A stretch of 64,000 nucleotides of DNA, from positions 1 to 64,000 of the forward strand of contig JAUCBJ010001340.1 in assembly GCA_032718475.1 (NCBI GenBank). The letters are read 5' to 3'. The notes beneath the pieces were generated by a model. That model did no database searches. It saw only the letters and a list, made by a program, of their open reading frames with translations, and had not been told where the DNA came from. Every line of letters begins with the position of its first letter. Position 1 is the first letter of the stretch. This stretch comes from Nemertoderma westbladi (lineage: Eukaryota > Animalia > Xenacoelomorpha). This document shows, in pieces, positions 9,688 to 19,200 of this stretch. The position numbers were made by a program, and so were the translations under genes.

Positions 9688-10788
9688 TCAATCCATTGTT
9701 TCTGCATCTGTTGGAGATGGGTGATTGGATGAGCGCCTAGGTAATGAAATTTTTGCGGCGTCACTGATGGCTCCCCTGTATATAACCCAGTTCTTATTAG
9801 GTTCGGCAGATTGTTTGGCCCGGCGTTGTTCGCGAAGTTCATACTGTAGTTTTCGTTCTGACGCCGTGTAGTCAGGGGTGATGTAGACATTTTGGTAGTG
9901 TTCTGATTGTCTTAAGTTTCGAGCACTTCTAAGTAGTTCCATTCGTTTTTCAATGGGCAAGGTTACAACAATAGACTGTGTTCCATTGTTTTTTGGTTTC
10001 CCAACTCTTCTTGTTTTTATGTCTTGTTTAAGTATAATAACGTTTACTGAATTAGCTATATCAGCAATCAATGTCTCATCATCAGTGACCGCAGGTGTAG
10101 TTCCACTTACTAGAAGATTTCTCTTGCGTTTATTTTGTTCTGATTCCTCATCTTTCAGCATTCTAGCAAGTAGAGCTACATTATTGGAAGGTTCATTTTT
10201 GTTTTGTTTCAGGGCCGCAGCGTAGTTCATTGGTTGTCCACATGGGACAGTGGCTGGTTTCTCCGTTGTTTCTTTAAGTTTCAAGTTTATATCGGATTGG
10301 TTAGATTCGATATCCTTTAACTTATATTCAATATCACTCTGTAAAGAAGCTATTGTTTCACTTGCCAGGTATGTATCTTCCTTTATGCGATGTTCGAGAT
10401 TGTCAATTTGTTGTTGGAAATCTAGGAATTGCTGATCGGTTAGAGACTTATGTTTCTCGAGATCTTTGTTAACCTGAGTCAGTTGTTTTCCCATACAACG
10501 TCCACAGCGAAAGTCAACATGTCCGAAGTCTGTTCCTGATTTGGCTATACATATCATAAATATGTCACAGCTTGTTCCAGAGCAGCCAACTTCTATCTCA
10601 GTGTACCCGTCATCGCGTTTCGATTGAGTTGGTGTTATACCTGTACTGGTCAACGGTTTACCGATTTTCGGATTTGGAGACCCGTTATTTGGTCTTGTAG
10701 CCCTAGTAGTAACGCTGTTTCGACGGATGTTATTCCTTTGTATTTCAACATCGTTGGTTCTGTCGTTTCGGTTTCGTTGTGAAGACAT
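9688..10788 (-). CDS. LINE ORF1 (Cys-rich PHD-like region, coiled coil, RRM/CTD)
   Basis: First ATG at 10788 (MSSQRN). Cys cluster CSGTSC...C...CGRC, heptad-rich segment, RKRNLLVSG and VYITPDYT..ER motifs typical of CR1/L2 ORF1p. Confidence 0.85.
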   Translation of the reverse strand: MSSQRNRNDRTNDVEIQRNNIRRNSVTTRATRPNNGSPNPKIGKPLTSTGITPTQSKRDDGYTEIEVGCSGTSCDIFMICIAKSGTDFGHVDFRCGRCMGKQLTQVNKDLEKHKSLTDQQFLDFQQQIDNLEHRIKEDTYLASETIASLQSDIEYKLKDIESNQSDINLKLKETTEKPATVPCGQPMNYAAALKQNKNEPSNNVALLARMLKDEESEQNKRKRNLLVSGTTPAVTDDETLIADIANSVNVIILKQDIKTRRVGKPKNNGTQSIVVTLPIEKRMELLRSARNLRQSEHYQNVYITPDYTASERKLQYELREQRRAKQSAEPNKNWVIYRGAISDAAKISLPRRSSNHPSPTDAETMD

Positions 10789-10884
10789 TTCACGGTTCTT
10801 TATTAAAGTGATTGCCGAGTAATTTTTATACCAAATACCAATAAACCATATATCAATTATATAATATATAATGTTTATATACAA

Positions 10885-13157
10885 TTATAGGCAGGAGGTC
10901 AGGCTGGTAACCGGTACTCGTACTGGTAAGTACGAAATTGCAGAATAACAATTTGACACCACTGTTATACCGGTATCTCCTGTGTGGACACGTTGGTGGC
11001 GTGTTAGATGGGAACTCCTGGCGAATGATTTACTACAGACGTTGCAACTGTAGGGTTTATCTCCTGTGTGGATACGTTGGTGGGCTGTTAGATCGGAACT
11101 CTGGGTGAATGATTTACTACAGACGTTGCAACTGTAGGGTTTATCTCCTGTGTGGATACGTTGGTGGGCTGTTAGATCGGAACTCTGGGTGAATGATTTA
11201 CTACAGACGTTGCAACTGTAGGGTTTATCTCCTGTGTGGATACGTTGGTGGGCTGTTAGATGGGAACTGTTGGTGAATGATTTACTACAGACGTTGCAAC
11301 TGTAGGGTTTATCTCCTGTGTGGATACGTTGGTGGGTTGTTAGATCGGAACTCCTGGCGAATGATTTACTACAGACGTTGCAACTGTAGGGTTTATCTCC
11401 TGTGTGGACACGTTGGTGGGTTGTTAGTTCGCAACTCTGGGTGAATGATTTACTACAGACGTTGCAACTGTAGGGTTTATCTCCTGTGTGGATGCGTTGG
11501 TGGATTGTTAGATGGGCAGTCTGGGTGAATGATTTACTACAGACGTTACAACTGTAGGGTTTATCTCCTGTGTGGATACGTTGGTGGGTTGTTAGATGGG
11601 CAGTCTGGGTGAATGATTTACTACAGACGTTACAACGGTAGGGTTTATCTCCTGTGTGGGTACGACTGTGTTTTATTAGATGGCCGCTCTCTGAGAAAGC
11701 TTTGCTACACATAATACATTGGAAGGGTTTCTCCCCAGAGTGAGTGCGTTCGTGCTCCATTAGTTTGGATTTAAATCGGAACACCTTCCCACAAGAACTG
11801 CATCCCAAACTATCAACAGGTTTATCTGAACTGTAACGTTTCTTGGGACCAGTGGGAACGTTGGAACCCAAACCTGTTGGAGTAGAACCGGGTTCATTGA
11901 GTTTCCGTTTTAAATGGGAAACGAGAAAAGATTCCACCGTGTAGACAACGTCGCAATGTTCGCACGGGAATTTATGCAAACTCATATCGTGAGCTAAATC
12001 CAATCTCTTCCTCTCAGCACATCCACCTAGACTACTTTGGTGTCTAATAATTGCCTCCTGATTAACAGACTGGTAACTTCCACACCCGGTACACAGAATC
12101 ATCCCGTCTTCCATAACTTTCATCCCCAATTTCTTATCCTTCGGTTGTTTACTAATTAATCCCATTTCTTCCGCGTAACTCGTTCCGTACCAAGTAAGGA
12201 GTTCCGTACCGGCTGCAACTGCTTTACAGACCCGATAATATATATCCCCTCCCAACTGGAACCCACAGAGGGTTTGCTCCTGTTCCCATTTGGCGCAATT
12301 TACGTAGCGCATCCAATTCGACTTGCACTCCTGTCTCCCGCTGATGGTAAAGTATCTACCCTCATCATCCAACAGCAACCAGCTGTAACCGTCGGACTTA
12401 CCGGATTTAGGTTTACCTGGTTTCCTCTCTCCATCATAAGGACCAAATAATGTTCCTGGATTCAAGTCGACCTTGGTAAACACCCCTTTATTATGAATTA
12501 GAGATTTCTTTATCTCCAAACACGACGGAAGTGATCTGCTGCCCCGGTTCCTTCCACCAAGAGTGGTTTCGGTATTCGTTATGAAGTTAAACTCCCCGTG
12601 TACCGGACACTGTAATTCGTTATATTCCTCGCCGCAAAGGTCGCAGAATATAAACTGGTTAAAGGCCTTAATAGGGCAGTTGCGATTGGCGTAATCGGGG
12701 ACCCCCTTTCTGGGTCTTAAACCACATCGGGGTTCGAAAGGAGCCGTCGATTTAGGAGTTACGATGATATTTAAATGCGACTCAACTGTAGAAGAACCCG
12801 AAACCACTGTAACCATTTCTTCTTGCTCAGCTGCTGCGGTCGGACATCCGCCACTAGAAGTCCTTTCGGTTTCGGAATCAACGCGTCCCAAACTGTTAGC
12901 GAGTTTATCGTTGACGAATTCCTCGGTACCTCGTACAGCTGGAGCAACAGTAACCGAGTGTCTACCAGAACTGACGTCATCAACATTCTCCAACAGATCG
13001 ATCGCTGGATCAGATAGATTCACATCGGGAATACATTCTAGCTGTTCTTTTATTTCCTCGATGGAATTAGTTGGAACGCTAAAAGATGGCGAATTAAAAC
13101 CTCCTGTTTCCCTGACAATATCGGTCGGAGATAAATTCACTAAGTTCCCTTCTGTGG
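10885..13157 (-). CDS. PRDM9: PRDM9-like histone methyltransferase / C2H2 zinc-finger protein (5' end uncertain; current C-terminus derived from LINE 5'UTR)
   Basis: SSXRD-like RCGLRPRKGVPDY (~12691-12729). Zinc knuckle CDLC..CPVHG (~12595-12648). PR/SET FGPY..NWMRYVNCA..EQ..IYYR..ELLTWYG (~12170-12530). Post-SET finger (~11900-11970). Ten tandem C2H2 fingers. No KRAB domain within this ORF. Orthology (PRDM9 vs a related PRDM) needs a phylogeny. Confidence 0.8.
10974..11659 (-). repeat. Coding minisatellite: eight near-identical 84-bp zinc-finger units
   Basis: GAATGATTTACTACAGACGTT.CAAC.GTAGGGTTTATCTCCTGTGTGG recurs every 84 bp. Differences cluster in the recognition-helix codons. Confidence 0.95.
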
Positions 13158-14819
13158 CTGAAAGCGGCCATTTTTAATTAATTACCAATGTTATATAAGT
13201 TTTAATTGGGTATTACTATTGCCACATATTGTAATCTTATTCGGATAGATATATTGATTGATTGTATGAATATTCGCATATCTCGAGATATGGGCGTTAT
13301 TTTGGGGAACTTATTTAGGATGGAAAATATACCAAATGTTAATCTCTACAAGTTTCAAACTTGGTATTTATTTACCATGCGGTGTTAATAAAAGTTAGTG
13401 TAATCGCCCACATTGAGATCGCAGGTAGGTTATTTTAGGATATTAAAGTCATAAAAATTGATAAAAAAATTCACCAAAACAATTATATCTCATCAATTTA
13501 AACAATGTCACCACAAAAATTATCCGGAATCAAACAAAAAATATTATGTTTGGGTCACACGAAAAAATTATCTCAACAACAAAATTGATTGTTCAACACC
13601 AAATAAACAAAGAAATGGTCCCCAAAACCAATGATCCATACCGAAATCAATCACAAACACCCAAAAATAAACACAAATTTTCTCCAAAAGAAATATATAT
13701 TCCCAAAAAATAAATACATCACTACACCATGTCCCGTAATATAGTGTCATTTTCTGATGACACGGACCACCCAAATTTTTCTACAAATCTTTATCATATT
13801 GCTTGAAATTTCAAACACCACCAGTTCACCTCACCGTCGCGTCGATGTCGACATTATTAGGCGAGTCAATCTAGCCGAAAAAGGGGGTCAACCCATAACA
13901 AATTCGCAATTCATCCAAACTAATTTTTTTTTATTCTACATTACCTTGTTAATACCCCCAATAAAGTCTATAAAAATATATTATGCGGATCACCTTCAAT
14001 TTCCTGTTTCTTTCCTTAGCAACAGGGATTTTACATAGCAACAAGGGGTCTATTAGTGGGATTTTCTCCAAATTTGGTACAGACCAACTTTACTCTAATG
14101 ACTATCGATTGACAGAAGTATGCACTTCTATATGGTTACCAATTTAGTTTCCAGAGCAACAGAAATTTGTCTAATAATTTAACCATTTTTAATATCAATT
14201 TTGCTGGTACAATATAAGGAAGCTTATTTACATAACTTATCTACTAAACGGGTGGATGTAACCTCGCCCATCGGATTTATCGACCTCAGAAACCCTTGTC
14301 CCAAAAAAATGTATTTGTTATATGATAAACTATTGTGGTTTTCAAACTAAAACAAATAAATAAATTACACCTAAAATCAATAGAGTAATCACAATTTAAT
14401 TATGTGAAAAATCTTCACTAACATTAATGGAAATTATGATATTTTTCATAACGGTTACCTTAATATATCGTGAAGTTTTTGATATATTTAAAAATTTGAT
14501 GCGACTTCTAGTTTCTGAGATATAGCAATTAATGTGTAACACGCCAGTGTAAATATTACTAATATCCTATTGAATCACAGCTTATTGTGAAATTAATTAA
14601 ATTATTCTGGAACATTACCAATTTGCTACTTACTCTTCCCTACTGTTTCTTTTGTTTGGCTTGTGTTATGCAAATTTACGCAGAATTTCCATGAATAAAC
14701 ATATGATCCGCAAAATAAAATTTTAAAGACTTTTTTTGGTCATTAATAAGGTAATACAGAATCCAAAATGTGTGGTTCGGATTGATTGCGAAATAGTTGT
14801 GGGTTTTTTGTTAGATTGA

Positions 14820-15395
14820 CTCGACTATAAACCATCATTTTCGATTTTGCCTTAAAAAATTTTTTATAAGCGTTTTAAAAAAGTGTCTTTTGCCATATCG
14901 CACCCTCCGTGTCGTGGCCATTCTTCACATTAGTCGTAATTTTTCAATATTATTAGAAAGCTTGGGTCGCAAGGATTCGAAATATCTAACAATATCTGAA
15001 TTTCGTTGAGAAATAGCAGATTGCAATAATTATTGTTCGTTGAAGGTCATTTATTCTATTTAATAAATACACAATGTTCTGGAACATTTGTTTATGTATG
15101 AATTGCTATGCAATAGATATATTGGATAGGAATACCGCTGCTAGCCACCTACTCATAAAATAAATAACACGTTCGAGAATTTTGTGTATTAAATAGAATA
15201 AATGGTCTACAGCAAAGAATAATTCTTGCAATCTTTGAACGCCTATATCTCAGCTGTTTCTCAACGAAATTCATATATTGTTACATTGTTGAAGAATGGC
15301 CACGATACGGAATGTGCGATTCGCAAAATATATTTTTTTAAATATCTATAAAAGTTTTAAAGGTAAAATCGAAAATTCCGGCTTCATGTTAACAA
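14820..15395. mobile_element. Degenerate foldback/MITE-like palindrome (about 570 bp, boundaries approximate)
   Basis: Arms include TCCGTGTCGTGGCCATTCTTCA vs TGAAGAATGGCCACGATACGGA, GAATTTCGTTGAGAAA vs TTTCTCAACGAAATTC, ATTTATTCTATTTAATA vs TATTAAATAGAATAAAT and ATTTTCGATTTT vs AAAATCGAAAAT, centred near 15120. Confidence 0.7.
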
Positions 15396-15972
15396 CCACG
15401 GTGAGTGGAACTAGTTGTGTTTCAAATTTCAAGCAATATGACAAAGATGTGTAGAAATTTAAAAAATGTGAAACCATAAATATTAACCGTTGGCATTTAT
15501 TATGCCTGCCAAACACAACTAAAGTTAAGGAAAGAAGCAGTTTATATACTAGGTTGTACTTTCTAACAAAAACAATGTACGATAGATATGCTTTAACAAT
15601 GTTGGGAAAAAAACCAGGATACAAAGAAGGGCTTTTCTAACCAAAACAATAAACGATAGCATTAAAAATAGAAAAATGAGCAGGTTACAGTGTTCGGATA
15701 CTATAATATACAAATGAATAAACATATAAAGATAAACCTTTTTAAGGTTAATGAATAATTAATAAAATTTAATGAATAAAGTTCCATAAAATATTCGAAG
15801 AAACATCATATTTGGTATCGTTTTTGGTTTGAAAGCGAATTAAAATTGGGGTACAAATAATTGTTTTGGGTACCGGTATGAGTAATTTAATGATTTTAGG
15901 GATGAGATATTTAGATTAGGGGATGTAAATTGGTGCTGCAGAAAAATATTTGTGCTAAATAATTAAATTTCT

Positions 15973-16062
15973 GGGGCCGTATTCATGAAAGTCCTAGTAC
16001 CGAGATAACTCTAGCTCGGTACTAGGTTCTCAGTTTTATCTCCGGACTATGAAGAAACGGTG
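15973..16062. mobile_element. Small Harbinger-like MITE remnant
   Basis: Outer imperfect IR CCGTATTCAT..AGTCC / GGACTATGAA..ACGG and an inner perfect 12-bp IR CCTAGTACCGAG (15993-16004) / CTCGGTACTAGG (16015-16026). Confidence 0.45.
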
Positions 16063-16233
16063 ATCTTGGAATCTTGGTCTTGGGATATGCAACAAGATAA
16101 GAGTATAATTTTGATATTGATTTTAAAATAAACTATTTATTTTGAGGTGAAGTTTTTACAGTTTTAAAACTCAAAAAAAGAAATAAAAAAATATTTTAAC
16201 TTATTTTTAATTTTTAGAGTTTTAAAACTGATA

Positions 16234-19200
16234 TTATATGGCAGAGATTGTGGAATGGGGAGTTTATATGGCAGAGATTGTGGAATGGGGAGTTTATATG
16301 ACAGATTGTGGAATGGGGTGTTTAGATGGCAGAGATTGTGGAATGGGGAGTTTATATGGCAGATATTGTGGAATGGGGAGTTTATATGGCAGAGATTGTG
16401 GAATGGGGAGTTTATATGGCAGAGATTGTGGAATGGGGAGTTTATATGACAGAGATTGTGGAATGGGGTGTTTAGATGGCAGAGATTGTGGAATGGGGAG
16501 TTTATATGGCAGATATTGTGGAATGGGGAGTTTATATGGCAGAGATTGTGGAATGGGGAGTTTATATGGCAGAGATTGTAGAATGGGGAGTTTATATGGC
16601 AGAGATTGTGGTATGGGGAGTTTATATGGCATAGATTGTGGAATGGGGTGTTTAGATGACAGAGATTGTGGAATGGGGAGTTTATATGGCAGAAATTGTG
16701 GAATGGGGAGTTTATATGATAGAGATTGTGGAATGGGGAGTTTATATGGCAGAGATTGTGAAATGGGGAGTTTATATGGCATAGATTGTGGAATGGGGAG
16801 TTTATATGGTAGAGATTGTGGAATGGGGAGTTTATATGGCAGAGATTGTGGAATGGGGAGTTTATATGGCAGAGATTGTTGAATGGGGAGTTTATATGGC
16901 AGAGATTGTGGAATGGGGAGTTTATACGGCAGAGATTGTGGAATGGAGAGTTTATATGGCATAGATTGTGGAATGGGGAGTTTATATGGTAGAGATTGTG
17001 GAATGGGGAGTTTATATGGCAGAGATTGTGGAATGGGGAGTTTATATGGTAGAGATTGTGGAATGGGGAGTTTATATGGCAGAGATTGTGGAATGGGGAG
17101 TTTATATGGCAGAGATTGTTGAATGGGGAGTTTATATGGCAGAGATTGTGGAATGGGGAGTTTATACGGCAGAGATTGTGGAATGGAGAGTTTATATGGC
17201 ATAGATTGTGGAATGGGGAGTTTATATGGTAGATATTGCGGAATGGGGTGGGGAGTTTAAATGGCAGAGATTGTGGAATGGGGAGTTTATATGGCAGAGA
17301 TTGTGGAATGGGGAGTTTATACGGCAGAGATTGTGGAATGGAGAGTTTATATGGCATAGATTGTGGAATGGGGAGTTTATATGGTAGAGATTGTGGAATG
17401 GGGAGTTTATATGGCAGAGATTGTGGAATGGGGAGTTTATATGGTAGAGATTGTGGAATGGGGAGTTTATATGGCAGAGATTGTGGAATGGGGAGTTTAA
17501 ATGGCAGAGATTGTGGAATGGGGAGTTTATATGGCAGAGATTGTGGAATGGGGTGTTTATATGGCAGATATTGCGGAATGGGGTGGGGAGTTTAAATGGC
17601 AGAGATTGTGGAATGGGGAGTTTATATGGCAGAGATTGTGGAATGGGGGGTTTATATGGCAGAGATTGTGGAATGGGGAGTTTATACGGCAGAGATTGTG
17701 GAATGGAGAGTTTATATGGTAGATATTGCGGAATGGGGTGGGGAGTTTAAATGGCAGAGATTGTGGAATGGGGAGTTTATATGGCAGAGATAGTGGAATG
17801 GGGAGTTTATATGGCAGAAATTGTGGAATGGGGAGTTTATAAGGCAGAAATTGTGGAATGGGGAGTTTATACGGCAGAGATTGTGGAATGGAGAGTTTAT
17901 ATGGTAGAGATTGTGGAATGGGGTGGGGAGTTTAAATGGCAGATATTGTGGAATGGGGAGTTTATATGGCAGAGATAGTGGAATGGGGAGTTTATATGGC
18001 AGAAATTGTGGAATGGGGAGTTTATAAGGCAGAAATTGTGGAATGGGGAGTTTAAATGGCAGAGATTGTAGATAGAATGGGGAGATTATATGGCAGATAT
18101 TGTGGAATGGGGAGTTTATATGGCAGATATTGTGGAATGGGGAGTTTATATGGCAGAGATTGTGGAATGGGGAGTTTATATGACAGAGATTGTGGAATGG
18201 GGAGTTTATACGGCAGAGATTGTGGAATGGAGAGTTTATATGGTAGAGATTGTGGAATGGGGTGGGGAGTTTAAATGGCAGATATTGTGGAATGGGGAGT
18301 TTATATGGCAGAGATTGTGGAATGGGGAGTTTATATGGCAGAGATTGTGGAATGGGGAGTTTATATGGCAGAGATTGTGGAATGGAGAGTTTATATGGTA
18401 GAGATTGTGGAATGGGGAGTTTATATGGCAGAGATTGTGGAATGGGGAGTTTATATGACAGAGATTGTGGAATGGGGAGTTTATATGGCAGAGATTGTGG
18501 AATGGGGAGTTTATATGGCAGAGATTGTGGAATGGAGAGTTTATATGGTAGAGATTGTGGAATGGGGAGTTTATATGGCAGAGATTGTGCAATGGGGGGT
18601 TTATATGGCAGAGATTGTGGAATGGGGAGTTTATATGGCAGAGATTGTGGAATGGGGAGTTTAAATGGCAGATATTGTGGAATAGGGAGTTTATATGGCA
18701 GAGATTGTGGAATGGGGAGTTTATATGGCAGAGATTGTGGAATGGGGAGTTTAAATGGCAGATATTGTGGAATGGGGAGTTTATATGGCAGAGATTGTGG
18801 AATGGGGAGTTTATATGGCAGAGATTGTGGAATGGAGAGTTTATATGGTAGAGATTGTGGAATGGGGAGTTTATATGGCAGAGATTGTGGAATGGGGAGT
18901 TTATATGGCAGAGATTGTGGAATGGGGAGTTTATATGACAGAGATTGTGGAATGGGGAGTTTATATGGCAGAGATTGTGGAATGGGGAGTTTATATGGCA
19001 GAGATTGTGGAATGGAGAGTTTATATGGTAGAGATTGTGGAATGGGGAGTTTATATGGCATAGATTGTGGAATGGGGAGTTTATATGGTAGATATTGCGG
19101 AATGGGGTGGGGAGTTTAAATGGCAGAGATTGTGGAATGGGGAGTTTATATGGCAGAGATTGTGGAATGGGGAGTTTATACGGCAGAGATTGTGGAATGG

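Larger units (their letters stand above)
6028..10973 (-). mobile_element. Full-length non-LTR retrotransposon, CR1/L2 group (Crack/Daphne-like)
   Basis: 5'UTR, ORF1, APE-RT ORF2, ~725-bp 3'UTR with stem-loop and (CCAATA)3 tail. Flanked by TATCT direct repeats (6023-6027 and 10974-10978), i.e. TSD AGATA on the minus strand. Confidence 0.93.

Noticed and set aside
6732-10435. Short ORFs overlapping LINE ORF1/ORF2 (including 9573-9890)
   Set aside because: They are alternate-frame or antisense shadows. ORF1 and ORF2 already connect in frame, so no frameshift ORF is needed.
10974-11659. Hypothesis that the zinc-finger array binds the neighbouring satellite
   Set aside because: A rough recognition-code reading (about GGG-NCA-NCA-NGN-TCG-TCA-NGA-TGA) gives no convincing match to either strand of the 30-mer. 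The code is imprecise, so a PWM prediction or binding assay would be needed to revive the idea.
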